This document shows positions 48,691-57,664 of a DNA stretch of 64,000 nucleotides, one piece after another. The translations under genes and the position numbers were made by a program. Location of the stretch: NCBI GenBank assembly GCA_000993205.1, contig LBVU01000004.1, positions 208,030 through 272,029 on the forward strand, given 5' to 3'. Position 1 is the first letter of the stretch. Each line of letters begins with the position of its first letter. The notes under the pieces are model-generated. The model saw only the letters and a list, made by a program, of their open reading frames with translations, ran no database searches and was not told where the DNA came from. Source of the DNA: Candidatus Woesebacteria bacterium GW2011_GWB1_39_10 (GTDB taxonomy: Bacteria; Patescibacteriota; Microgenomatia; UBA8517).

Positions 48691-49044
48691 ATGACTAAAG
48701 ATGTTTCTTTCTATGATCGTTTGAAGCACTATCCCTGGAAACTTTTTGGACAGTTAAACCCTCTGTTCAAAGTGATTGTCATTGTATTGGCACTCGGAGC
48801 CTGGGTTCCTGACCCCTTGGACATTGTTGGTATTTCGTTCTGGGGTATTCTGGCCGGTATATTGTTTCAGAAGATGGTTGCAACCTGGATCGTAGTGATC
48901 CTGAGCGTCCTTTTCTGGATCATAACCCAGATGATCGAATCGCTCTTGGTGATTTTAGTCACCGTCTATCTGATCCCTGCAGGTGTAGGCTTGATCTGTA
49001 TGTTCTTTGAAAAGGACCCAAACCCGATCATATTTAACAGTTAA
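48691..49044 (+). CDS. Small membrane protein (SD-led, start MTKDV)
   Basis: aaggag upstream of ATG 48691; hydrophobic, PDPLD motif. Confidence 0.7.
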   Translation: MTKDVSFYDRLKHYPWKLFGQLNPLFKVIVIVLALGAWVPDPLDIVGISFWGILAGILFQKMVATWIVVILSVLFWIITQMIESLLVILVTVYLIPAGVGLICMFFEKDPNPIIFNS

Positions 49045-49058
49045 AAAAACAACATAGC

Positions 49059-49116
49059 AATCCCCGTGAGTCGGAACAACGCCATTTTGGCACCGAAACT
49101 TGCGGGGATTTTTTTT
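49059..49116 (+). terminator. Intrinsic terminator
   Basis: aatccccgtgag...cttgcggggatt followed by a T run, 15 nt after the stop. Confidence 0.65.
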
Positions 49117-49262
49117 GGAAAAAATAGTCAATCGAAATGAGGATAATTGAGGAAATTTGAATGAAGGTATTGCAGGGGCCGGAAGTCAAAGTGAGAGGTT
49201 ATCTCAATTTGATCTTCCGACCCCAATTTTAGAACTAAACTTCAAGAATATTAGGCCAGAGC

Positions 49263-49967
49263 CTAGAAAAACAGGCGAGCGCCAACGAGCAAAAGCACTG
49301 CAATCAGCACGTATACAGGCATCTTTGCCTTGTTCAAAGCGCCGAGAGCGTCCTTCTGATCAACCGCAGTCAGCAGTCCCAATGTAAAGAGCAGGCCACC
49401 GAGGCTGGCTGTAGCGATAATCAAAGCCGAATTAACGGTAAAGGGCGAAGGACTCGCAGCCGCCAAGCCTAAGACGATGAAAAGCCAACCGCCATTTTGC
49501 TGATCAAGGCGATCCTTGAAATCAGCCGACGCAAAAGTGAGAGCCGAAAAGGTCGCCAACATGGTGGCCATGGCAACAGGTACAACAAGGGTAACAAGCG
49601 CGTGAGTGTTGTAAACCTGAGTGCCCAAGGAACCCGCGCGGTAGGCGAGGAACGCCAAAACGGAATACACAACACCGAAAACTGGTTGGAATAACCGATC
49701 GGTGTAATAGTCGTCAACCAAAATGACGGTTCCGAAGGCGACAAAGGTAAAACCAATACCCACGAGCATACGTGCCGCAGTGTAGTCCAGGAACGAGACA
49801 AGCACGCCCAAGAGCACAAGCCCGAAGCCGATGACTAAAGGATCGCGTCCGTCACGATTGGATGACAGAAGGGCATTTTTGTTGTTCTTGCCCAGGAACG
49901 AAAACGCCGCGGCCAGGCCGAACAGAATAACCAAAGCAGGGTAGAAAACGAAATTTAAAATGTTCAT
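49263..49967 (-). CDS. About 8-TM hypothetical membrane protein (start MNILNF)
   Basis: ggag upstream of ATG 49967; continuous hydrophobic helices. Confidence 0.75.
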   Translation of the reverse strand: MNILNFVFYPALVILFGLAAAFSFLGKNNKNALLSSNRDGRDPLVIGFGLVLLGVLVSFLDYTAARMLVGIGFTFVAFGTVILVDDYYTDRLFQPVFGVVYSVLAFLAYRAGSLGTQVYNTHALVTLVVPVAMATMLATFSALTFASADFKDRLDQQNGGWLFIVLGLAAASPSPFTVNSALIIATASLGGLLFTLGLLTAVDQKDALGALNKAKMPVYVLIAVLLLVGARLFF

Positions 49968-49980
49968 CTCGTCTCTCCAA

Positions 49981-50901
49981 TTAAGGTGCCGCTGTCGGGG
50001 TGGCCGGGAAGAGTTCCTGGTCCTGACCAGATTCGATGATCTGCTGAGTATCAGCGCCAACAATACTGCGGGTCATGTACTCAAGGGCCGCATAGCGGGT
50101 CATACGACATTCGCCGTTGCCGCCGTTGGCCGCAGGATTCCAGGTGCTCTCGTAAAGACGGGCAAGGGCTGATTCATGGCCAGTGAACTTCAGTTTGGAC
50201 GAGTAAGAGATGTTCTGCATAAACTCGCCACTGATGTAATATTGACACAGGTTCTTATCACCATGGCTTACCCACAGGTTCGCTGTCGGGAGCCAGCTCC
50301 AATCGGAAACACCGACGCCATTGTCTGCCAATTTCTGGTAGACCAGCGTGGTATCGCCGTAGGTCTGCATGAGGTCGTTCATAAAATCGACCTCGGGGAA
50401 GGAACTAGTGTAGTTCATGTAGTCCGTAGCGGCCTCAAACGCCATGAGATTGGCATTCTGTACAGCGGCGCGGTTAGCGACGATGTAATCGGCAAGCTGG
50501 CGGAAAATCTGTGTGCATTCGGTCGTGGCTTGTTCGCCGGAGACGCTGTTTGTGACAAGCGCTGAGAAGATGGCATCGCCATCCATATTACCGGTAACTG
50601 CATTGCCGATCGTTGACTCAGTCGAAGCGACGCTTGCAGAGCATGCATTGGCCGCACCGAACAAATCCTTACCGCCGAGACGGAAGGTGTTCAACGAAAG
50701 TTCATATTTCCGCCACAGAACAGTAATGCTGGTCTCACGATCAACTCCGCCCTTGTAGTACGTCCGCGCCTGAGCCAAAATCGCAACAGGATCGAGTTTT
50801 GGCAAAGCCGGAACCGTGTCCTGAGGAGCCTTAGTCCCGCACGCAGACAAAACGAACATTGCCAGCAAAAACAGGGAAACGATTCTTTTAGTGACGTTCA
50901 T
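49981..50901 (-). CDS. Lipoprotein with LemA-like helical domain
   Basis: Lipobox VLSAC; pattern Y...V..E..I...W and IF.QL...I..NR.....A......DY......FP resembles LemA-type proteins; SD aaggag. Confidence 0.6.
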   Translation of the reverse strand: MNVTKRIVSLFLLAMFVLSACGTKAPQDTVPALPKLDPVAILAQARTYYKGGVDRETSITVLWRKYELSLNTFRLGGKDLFGAANACSASVASTESTIGNAVTGNMDGDAIFSALVTNSVSGEQATTECTQIFRQLADYIVANRAAVQNANLMAFEAATDYMNYTSSFPEVDFMNDLMQTYGDTTLVYQKLADNGVGVSDWSWLPTANLWVSHGDKNLCQYYISGEFMQNISYSSKLKFTGHESALARLYESTWNPAANGGNGECRMTRYAALEYMTRSIVGADTQQIIESGQDQELFPATPTAAP

Positions 50902-50928
50902 TGGTTTTTCTCCTTTGTTGAAATGTAT

Positions 50929-52896
50929 CTACATCTGACTCCGCGCCGAACCGGCGAGGAACAGACAGATTATGGCTAAGACGAGGACAACCCACGCACC
51001 CCAAACGGGTGTAGAAGCAATTGCCCCGGCCGTAACCGTGTTCATGATCAGGAACCGACCGTCCTCGTTGACCTCGATGGTCGTCTTGAGGTAATCGGTG
51101 TTGCAAGTCGAGTACCGTACAAAGCCAACATGCTCAGCCTTGGCTTGATTACAAGCAGGGTCCGATGGGTCTGGAGGGGTGTAGTTGGGATCTGTCTCGT
51201 AGAGAAGCCCCACAACACTGTCGGCCTGAGTCAGGTCAGAAAACTGGTATTGGAATTTGTCCGCCTGCGAAGCGACATAACTTGCCGAGAATGAACCAAA
51301 GAGGTTTTCCTTGGTCAAGGACAAATTATCGCCCGCACGAACACTTGCCGTTACGTGACTGATGAGTACATCATTGCCGGTAGGCATGCCTGTTTCGAGA
51401 CCGCGGCCGGTAATCCGTGTTCCGTCATCGCTGATGGAGGTCACAGAAATCACGAGGTTTTTGGGCATTGAAAACAAGCTCCACACGCCCGAGTCACGGA
51501 GGTACGCCTTTACTGCAGAAACCGTGTAGGGCATTCCGCCGAGACGCTGAACGATACTATCACAAACAAGGAACCAGCGGAGTGAACCCTGTTTTGTAGG
51601 ACCGAAGTCCCCTTGGACCACCATGGCATATTCTGCATAACCCTGAAGTTGTTCCGGGCTTAAACAGCTGCCAATGACAAAGATCGGATTGAAACCGATT
51701 GCAAGGTCACCGTCCGTGGCCACCAGTTGAGTGGGCAAAGTTGCAGGCTTGCCGTATGCATCATTGATTGTAAAGTCAACGCCATTGGGGCCGGGTAAGT
51801 TCACGATGCCTCTGAGGTTGTTGTAGTCACCGTCATAAACATCGTAAAGTGGGCTGTCAGCCGCAAAACCCCAGTTGAAATAGGGTCCCACGAACGTTGC
51901 ATCCACAACCAAGCCGCCATTTTCTTTGGCAAGCTTCACCACCATATACGCATCGGGGATATGCTCATTGTATGAGCCGCGAGGTTCCTCGCAGGTCGTC
52001 CCGAAAAAGCCTGTTTCACAATAGAGATGATTCGGAGCATCTTGTGGGGCGCGCCAATCTGTATTTGCATACACAACAGGCTTACGCTTATCATTGATAC
52101 TCCCGTATTCATCCTTCGAACAAGGTTCAAACGCGCCATTATCTGCCAAACAGCTCTGATGATAGATCTGCTCGGATAAATATTTGGCACGAGTGTCCGG
52201 AATGATGTAATACCGCACAACGTTAGTAAACCAGGGGGTATACTCGTCATCGTGCTCCTCATGACAACTTTCAGTTGTATTACCATCTGAGTCTGTCGAA
52301 GTCGTACACACTTGATGTGAGTTGATCTCGCGATGGGTATAGTAGTTCGTGTTGCTTGAACAGAAGTCATGGTGATTCACGGTCCGTTCACAGGGTTGCG
52401 ATTCCATTCCGATCTGTGAAACAACTGCGTGGATGTATTGATAGTTGGTGGCTTGAGCACGCTGTGCCAAGTCAACTCCTTGAGTGACCGCTTTATCCGC
52501 CAGATCATGACCAACTTGGTCAACTTTTTCGGAGATTTGGAAATTGTTTATTGCGGCACCAAATGAGCCAAGCAGGATTGCCACCACAACGGCGACAGAC
52601 CACCATCCACATCCCTCGACTCCCAAAAAAATACCCGCACTGATCACGAACAAAACGAGGGCAAAGAACCAAAGCCAGGCACGCGTGTGCATACGACTCG
52701 TAACGTTGGTGTCAGCAATTTGCTGAGCCTCGTTATAGAGCTCTTGCACAGTGTAGTGCACCTGACCACCAGTGTTAGTGCCTGCAACCGGGGATGCCGT
52801 TGGTGAAGGTGTGGTTGAGCCGCAGGCCAGAACAACAAGCGCTAAAACACCGATTGCCAGCAAAACCACAACCAAATTCTTCTTTCGATTCTTCAT
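50929..52896 (-). CDS. Large Cys-rich lipoprotein/membrane protein
   Basis: Lipobox VLAC, two N-proximal TMs, CTTSTDSDGNTTESC loop, C-terminal TM; SD aaggag. Confidence 0.7.
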   Translation of the reverse strand: MKNRKKNLVVVLLAIGVLALVVLACGSTTPSPTASPVAGTNTGGQVHYTVQELYNEAQQIADTNVTSRMHTRAWLWFFALVLFVISAGIFLGVEGCGWWSVAVVVAILLGSFGAAINNFQISEKVDQVGHDLADKAVTQGVDLAQRAQATNYQYIHAVVSQIGMESQPCERTVNHHDFCSSNTNYYTHREINSHQVCTTSTDSDGNTTESCHEEHDDEYTPWFTNVVRYYIIPDTRAKYLSEQIYHQSCLADNGAFEPCSKDEYGSINDKRKPVVYANTDWRAPQDAPNHLYCETGFFGTTCEEPRGSYNEHIPDAYMVVKLAKENGGLVVDATFVGPYFNWGFAADSPLYDVYDGDYNNLRGIVNLPGPNGVDFTINDAYGKPATLPTQLVATDGDLAIGFNPIFVIGSCLSPEQLQGYAEYAMVVQGDFGPTKQGSLRWFLVCDSIVQRLGGMPYTVSAVKAYLRDSGVWSLFSMPKNLVISVTSISDDGTRITGRGLETGMPTGNDVLISHVTASVRAGDNLSLTKENLFGSFSASYVASQADKFQYQFSDLTQADSVVGLLYETDPNYTPPDPSDPACNQAKAEHVGFVRYSTCNTDYLKTTIEVNEDGRFLIMNTVTAGAIASTPVWGAWVVLVLAIICLFLAGSARSQM

Positions 52897-53070
52897 ATCA
52901 AAATCTCCTTTCAGACTGAATGGTTGATGCCGATTAAAAGAGGTCGTCTCTATGTTTAGATTTAGAGATGACGTCTTGCATCGGCACCAATTTTAAAGAG
53001 AAAAAAGTTTTACTTTTTTAATATTCTTGAAGATGTTAATGTCCACTTTTTACACTGAAATTCCAGTCGC

Positions 53071-53095
53071 AAAAAAAATGACTGGCTCCCAGTCA
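53071..53095 (-). terminator. Terminator-like hairpin
   Basis: Minus strand tgactgg-gag-ccagtca followed by T8. Confidence 0.55.
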
Positions 53096-53109
53096 AAAGA
53101 CGAAAGGCA

Positions 53110-53137
53110 AGTGTACCAGAAAAATAGAAAAAGTCAA
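53110..53137 (-). promoter_or_regulatory. Sigma70-like promoter facing the island operon
   Basis: TTGACT-N16-TACACT with an extended TG. Confidence 0.55.
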
Positions 53138-53223
53138 GAGCTATGGGATGAAACTTTAATTTAAAATTAATAATTTAGAATTAAGAATTACGGAGAGTAA
53201 AACGAGGCTAAAAATCAGAATTT

Positions 53224-53472
53224 TCAACTGTAGTGGTTATTGATATCAACAATTTCTATAAAGTCTGGGGTAAGAAACACGAAAACAGCCCTATATTTCT
53301 TGTCTACTCGAAATGAATAAATTCTAAGGTTTTTAGGCTCCAGAACTTCGGTATTCAGTGAAGGATGTCTCGGATTTGCAACAAAAACCTGACTTTGACG
53401 AGCGAATTTCCTAGTTAAGTTTCTTTTTTTCAAAAATGAAGTCAAATCTTGCCTTAATGGTTTAATCCGCAT
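53224..53472 (-). CDS. RelE/ParE-superfamily toxin
   Basis: Basic 82-aa protein; NPRHPSL..E.L...YSFRV...YRA.F. Confidence 0.8.
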   Translation of the reverse strand: MRIKPLRQDLTSFLKKRNLTRKFARQSQVFVANPRHPSLNTEVLEPKNLRIYSFRVDKKYRAVFVFLTPDFIEIVDINNHYS

Positions 53473-53725
53473 ACAAAGAAGACTTGGAAAGTCCTTTTGT
53501 TACACTTTCGATAAATTCCTGAGTATATTTGCCACTTTGGGCCAATTGAAGCTTAACCTCTGCAAGTGGAGTTTTATCAAAAACCTCAAATTTAGCTTCA
53601 TCTGACATATATTTTCTTAACACGTCACGCACAAACTCAGATCTGGTGGCAAACCCGAGTTTCTTGGTTTCGCGGTCTACAACCTGTGCAACTTGATCTG
53701 GTAACGAAATCGTAAATGTTGTCAT
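53462..53725 (-). CDS. Ribbon-helix-helix antitoxin (start MTTFTISLP)
   Basis: TISLP...VD......GFATRSEFVRDVLR; overlaps the toxin start. Confidence 0.82.
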   Translation of the reverse strand: MTTFTISLPDQVAQVVDRETKKLGFATRSEFVRDVLRKYMSDEAKFEVFDKTPLAEVKLQLAQSGKYTQEFIESVTKGLSKSSLYAD

Positions 53726-53726
53726 A

Positions 53727-53763
53727 TTGTTAATATTTAACAACATTTGTTAATTTTTGTCAA
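53727..53763 (-). promoter_or_regulatory. TA promoter/operator
   Basis: Perfect TTGACA at 53758-53763; inverted repeat ttgttaa-tat-ttaacaa at 53727-53743 and a third ttgttaa half-site at 53747. Confidence 0.65.
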
Positions 53764-53769
53764 TACTTC

Positions 53770-54240
53770 TTATGGTTGGCAGATGAGGCTTTTGACCTTT
53801 TTAAGGTCTGCGGGGCTTAGAGTCTGAATATTTTCCAAGGCACCCTGAAAAGTGGAGCTGTCTTTAGCCAAAGAAGAAGGAATGGAACTTTTAACCCCCA
53901 AAACCTGAATAAGCTGGGTCCTCCCCGCATCCAAGGCTATCTGCAGGGGTTTTGGGGCGTTTTTCCAGCCTAAAAACTCGGTTAGGGCGGTTTTTCCCCC
54001 GACAATCAAAAATCCTTCTAAAAGTAATGCCAGAAGGAAGCCAAAAAATATTCCAAAGAGAGCACCTTTAAGACCCCAATCTACATAATGACGCCTGAAC
54101 TGAGCCATGCTCAAAATCAAAAGGAAAATGAGAAAAACTATAGCTGCCACTTCCCAGTAGGCCAAAGGGATCGAGAATTTTCCAAGGTTTAAATCAAAAC
54201 CGCGGCTTAAAAATTTAGAGGTTTGGGCAAACTGGTTCAT
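53770..54240 (-). CDS. Hypothetical 2-TM membrane protein
   Basis: Hydrophobic helices; TATTAT 6 nt before the ATG. Confidence 0.7.
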   Translation of the reverse strand: MNQFAQTSKFLSRGFDLNLGKFSIPLAYWEVAAIVFLIFLLILSMAQFRRHYVDWGLKGALFGIFFGFLLALLLEGFLIVGGKTALTEFLGWKNAPKPLQIALDAGRTQLIQVLGVKSSIPSSLAKDSSTFQGALENIQTLSPADLKKVKSLICQP

Positions 54241-54327
54241 GGCAAAATAATATTAGCATAAAAGAAAAAACGGGAGCAACATTTTTTTCACACGGCTTTT
54301 CACAAGCCATGAGTTTGCGTGAAAATA

Positions 54328-54999
54328 TTAGATGGAGGTTGAGGTAGGAGAGGTGCTGGGGCTGGCACTTGGGGATACGCTTGGTTTGGGAGTGGGAGTG
54401 GCGGATGGCTTTGCTGTTGCCCCTTTCCTTAGACCTGTAACAATCACTGCGTCAAATGTCGGAGAGGTTGCGGTTTTAACAGTAACATTCTGATAAATAG
54501 AATTAAGTTTTAGAGTTAATTCGCTGACAACCGCTGAATCAAGTGAGCTTCCGAAAGTAACTACCGTTGCCGAAGCCGTTTGGTCTGGGGCATTCCCGAC
54601 TTTAATGTCTGTATATCCCAAATCCTTGAGCGCTGTTTGTAGGTAAGCTGCTTCTCCTGTTATACCTGTGCCATTTTGGATCTGAATAGAAACCTGAGTT
54701 TTGTCAATAGGCTTGGCAGTAGCTGTTGGAGAGGGTGTAGTCACATTTACATTCTCTTCTCCCAAGATTTGATTTTCGATCGGAGTTGGTTCGACTAAGG
54801 CCTCACCTTTGCTGGTCGCGCTTTTGTAAATGACAAAGCCCAGTATAGCTACAAGCACTAAGATGCCGATAACCAAAAGGGTTTTAGCCCCGCTACTTTT
54901 TTGAGGTTGACCAACAGTTGGAAAAGAAATGTTCGGTGAAGAATTCTCCTGGGGTGAAGCTTGAACTCCGCTATTTTCTGTATTTTGATTCCCTTCCAT
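54328..54999 (-). CDS. LytR C-terminal-domain membrane-anchored protein (start MEGNQ)
   Basis: IQIQNGTGITGEAA...L...GY....GNA...IVTG; Ser/Pro/Thr-rich tail. Confidence 0.82.
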   Translation of the reverse strand: MEGNQNTENSGVQASPQENSSPNISFPTVGQPQKSSGAKTLLVIGILVLVAILGFVIYKSATSKGEALVEPTPIENQILGEENVNVTTPSPTATAKPIDKTQVSIQIQNGTGITGEAAYLQTALKDLGYTDIKVGNAPDQTASATVVTFGSSLDSAVVSELTLKLNSIYQNVTVKTATSPTFDAVIVTGLRKGATAKPSATPTPKPSVSPSASPSTSPTSTSI

Positions 55000-55029
55000 A
55001 GTTTTTGCGACTTCTGTCGTAAGTGCGCA

Positions 55030-55059
55030 AGTATAAACGCATCTATCGCGAGATGTCAA
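55030..55059 (-). promoter_or_regulatory. Sigma70-like promoter overlapping the tgt 3' end
   Basis: TTGACA-N18-TATACT. Confidence 0.6.
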
Positions 55060-56155
55060 GCGATAAATGCGACCGCAGTTTTTCCATAAGAATGGAGTAA
55101 AAGCGAAGGTTGTGGATTGTAGCAAGGCGCCCAGCAGTAAAATCTCCGATTTTAAATAAATGAGCAAGGTACGCCCTTGAATAGCGTGTACAAAGCAGGC
55201 AATCACATGCAAGACTAACGGGAGAACTGTCTTTATAATAAACTTCCTTGCTTGGAGTAAAAAACGAATAAATTTTTGGAGCAAAAACATCAATTCCTTT
55301 TAGGGAATTTGCGTTATAAACGTAAAGCCTTCCATGCCTGCCATCGCGCGTAGGTAAAACACAATCAAAAATATTAAAACCTAATTTAAAACATTCGACG
55401 ATTTCGTCTGGTTTTCCAACTCCGAGTCCGTATAGAAAATAATCCGGCGGAACATTGTTTGCAATGGATTTTGCGGATTCGTAATCAAAGTTTCCATCTT
55501 CCGTAATCGGCCAGCCGCCGTACCCCAAACCGTCAAATCCTATTTTGACCAGCTCTTTAGTGCAATATTCCCTTAAGTCTTGAAATTTGCCCCCTTGTAC
55601 TACCCCTAATAAATATGGCTGTTTGCTTTTTGCAATATGCTTTATGCGGCAAATTTTGTCAAATTCTTTTTTACTCCGGCGCGCCCAGTCGATTGTTCTT
55701 TCAACTGAGATTTTGGCCTCATCATAATTTGACTTTGGGTCGGTAAAGTCATCTAAAACGACTACCATATCTGTGTTAAGGGTCATTTGAAATTCGATTG
55801 ATTTTTCGGGGGTAAGAATCTTCTTTTTGTTTTGTGACGGGTAAAACACGGCTCCTTCATTTGTAATCTTGCCTTTAAGTTGCCCGGATTTAATAACAGA
55901 CATTACTTGAAACCCGCCGGAGTCGGAAATTACCCCTCCTTTATAGTCCATAAGCTCCCTGATCCCACCAAACTTTTTCAGGACATCTTTTCCAAGTCCC
56001 TGCCACAAATGAAAAGTGTTGACTAAAATTCCCGGAGTTTTGGTACTCTCAAGATCTGTTGTATCAATTGACCTCACAACGGCACGGGTGGCATCAGGAA
56101 AAAATACAGGAAGGGGAATGTCCCCGTTTTTCGATTTAAAGTATTTTCTTGCCAC
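55043..56155 (-). CDS. tgt: tRNA-guanine transglycosylase
   Basis: NTFHL, DSGGFQ, VQGG, LGVG, FDCVLPTR, CDCLLC...HN. Confidence 0.93.
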   Translation of the reverse strand: MARKYFKSKNGDIPLPVFFPDATRAVVRSIDTTDLESTKTPGILVNTFHLWQGLGKDVLKKFGGIRELMDYKGGVISDSGGFQVMSVIKSGQLKGKITNEGAVFYPSQNKKKILTPEKSIEFQMTLNTDMVVVLDDFTDPKSNYDEAKISVERTIDWARRSKKEFDKICRIKHIAKSKQPYLLGVVQGGKFQDLREYCTKELVKIGFDGLGYGGWPITEDGNFDYESAKSIANNVPPDYFLYGLGVGKPDEIVECFKLGFNIFDCVLPTRDGRHGRLYVYNANSLKGIDVFAPKIYSFFTPSKEVYYKDSSPVSLACDCLLCTRYSRAYLAHLFKIGDFTAGRLATIHNLRFYSILMEKLRSHLSLDISR

Positions 56156-56175
56156 GAGGAGATTTTAACATCTAA

Positions 56176-56418
56176 CTAGATTAATTTCCTTCGGGGATCG
56201 ATAAAGGGATCCGGATGATCGGTTCCTCCCATTCTGTCGATAGCCTCTAATGACTCGGGGAAAAGATCTTGGCCTTCTTCCATGCGTTTTAAACCAACCG
56301 CCAGCCACTGCGCAATTTGCATATCCGGGGTTATTTGTCCATACCTCATTCCGCGACCATATGCGTCCTTTATCAGGCTCAATCTAATCTGATCAGAATC
56401 GAATAGTACTTCTGTCAT
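56176..56418 (-). CDS. Small hypothetical protein (start MTEVL)
   Basis: TATAAT 6 nt before ATG 56418. Confidence 0.55.
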   Translation of the reverse strand: MTEVLFDSDQIRLSLIKDAYGRGMRYGQITPDMQIAQWLAVGLKRMEEGQDLFPESLEAIDRMGGTDHPDPFIDPRRKLI

Positions 56419-56425
56419 GGCCGGA

Positions 56426-56947
56426 TTATACACCTAAAAACGCTAGCGAACTTGCACCAGCATACGCAATCGCACTAAATTTGATAAGTTTTCCCAACCA
56501 AACAGCTATTAGATATTTTTTAACCGAAACTTCGGTTGCTCCGGCCACAAATCCTGCCATATCAAATATCGGGTTAGGAATTGCGGCCAATAAAAAAAGT
56601 GTCAAAAAACCTCGTTTTTTCATCCACCCTCTAATCCTTTGGACTTTTGGATCCTTTTCCAAAATATCTTCAGCACCGTACCCGGCCAAATACCCAGTAA
56701 GTTCACCTATTGCCGAACCCGCCGATGCCACTACGGCCACCAAAATTGGATTATAAATTGAACCCGCGACAAAAGCGGTTAAAAAAAGTGGAGTGGGCAA
56801 AAAAATAGTGGCGCTTCCTAAAATATTTAAGACAAAGAGACCTAAAAATCCATAACCCTGAAGAGTTACTAATTTATCTCTGAAGATAAAAATTGAAATT
56901 GAAAGAACTATAGCCAGAACTATCACCCATACTTTTGAATGCTTCAC
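56426..56947 (-). CDS. DedA/VTT-domain membrane protein
   Basis: FLPTP, GSAIGE..GY..G, IPNP.FD..G..AG, GK..K. Confidence 0.85.
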   Translation of the reverse strand: MKHSKVWVIVLAIVLSISIFIFRDKLVTLQGYGFLGLFVLNILGSATIFLPTPLFLTAFVAGSIYNPILVAVVASAGSAIGELTGYLAGYGAEDILEKDPKVQRIRGWMKKRGFLTLFLLAAIPNPIFDMAGFVAGATEVSVKKYLIAVWLGKLIKFSAIAYAGASSLAFLGV

Positions 56948-57456
56948 TATTCTACTTTAAGGAGTTCCACCTCAAAAATCAAAGTGGCGCCGCCGGGAAT
57001 CGCGCCAGGAATACCATTAGGGCCATAAGCCAAGTCTGATGGAATTGTTAATTTTCTTTTTCCGCCAACTTTCATGCCGGCAAAGCCTTGGTCCCAACCT
57101 TTTATAACTTCACCCGCGCCCAAATTAAAAGAAAAGGGAGTCCCGCGGTCGTAAGAACTATCGAACTTTGTTCCATCGGTAAGAGTTCCCGAATAATTAA
57201 CTGTTATTTTTTTACCTACAACCGCCTCCGCTCCTGTTCCGATTATTTCATCTACTATTATTAATTTGTTTTCCATTTTTGGATTGGCTGAACCTGTTGC
57301 AATTGGTTCGGCCGAAGGTTCAATTGTAACTGAAGGAGTTGTGGTTGCCAAGGGTTGATTATTTATGGAATTTTTGGGACTAAAAATATAAATTCCGACG
57401 ACGATGGCCAGAACCGCCACAAAAATCATTATGTATAAGTTATTTTTGTTTTCCAT
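56947..57456 (-). CDS. FKBP-type peptidyl-prolyl isomerase, membrane-anchored
   Basis: VNYSGTL.DG.KFDSS, VIKGWDQG, LAYG, TLIFEVEL. Confidence 0.95.
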   Translation of the reverse strand: MENKNNLYIMIFVAVLAIVVGIYIFSPKNSINNQPLATTTPSVTIEPSAEPIATGSANPKMENKLIIVDEIIGTGAEAVVGKKITVNYSGTLTDGTKFDSSYDRGTPFSFNLGAGEVIKGWDQGFAGMKVGGKRKLTIPSDLAYGPNGIPGAIPGGATLIFEVELLKVE

Positions 57457-57664
57457 TTTGTTTTAATTTTAAATATTCGTCCAAAATTTTTTCTGCCCAA
57501 AAAAGCCTACTGATTTGATTATCGGTTTTAAGACCTTCAAATGTTATACCAGATTTGTCCAAAAATTCCAAGCCAACTTTGTTTGATCCTTTTGCAAGAT
57601 AAAATGCCGCCCGGTAAAGATTGGCCAATTTGTCCGATGCTCGGGAAAATTTATTTAATGCCAT
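57440..57664 (-). CDS. Small hypothetical protein coupled to the upstream gene
   Basis: Overlaps both neighbours; NLYRAA...AEKILD. Confidence 0.6.
   Translation of the reverse strand: MALNKFSRASDKLANLYRAAFYLAKGSNKVGLEFLDKSGITFEGLKTDNQISRLFWAEKILDEYLKLKQNGKQK

Noticed and set aside
49968..50063. Extended start for the 8-TM gene (likewise 62924-62968 for vWA and 48655-48690)
   Set aside because: Downstream ATGs have clear SD sites, and the extensions overlap neighbours or intergenic signals.
50176..52838. Numerous overlapping alternative-frame ORFs in the island (also at 62092-63622)
   Set aside because: Expected by-product of higher GC and codon bias; no motifs or SD sites.
55000..55293. 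N-terminal extension of the ORF 54328..55293
   Set aside because: It overlaps tgt on the same strand; a promoter at 55030-55059 supports the start at 54999.
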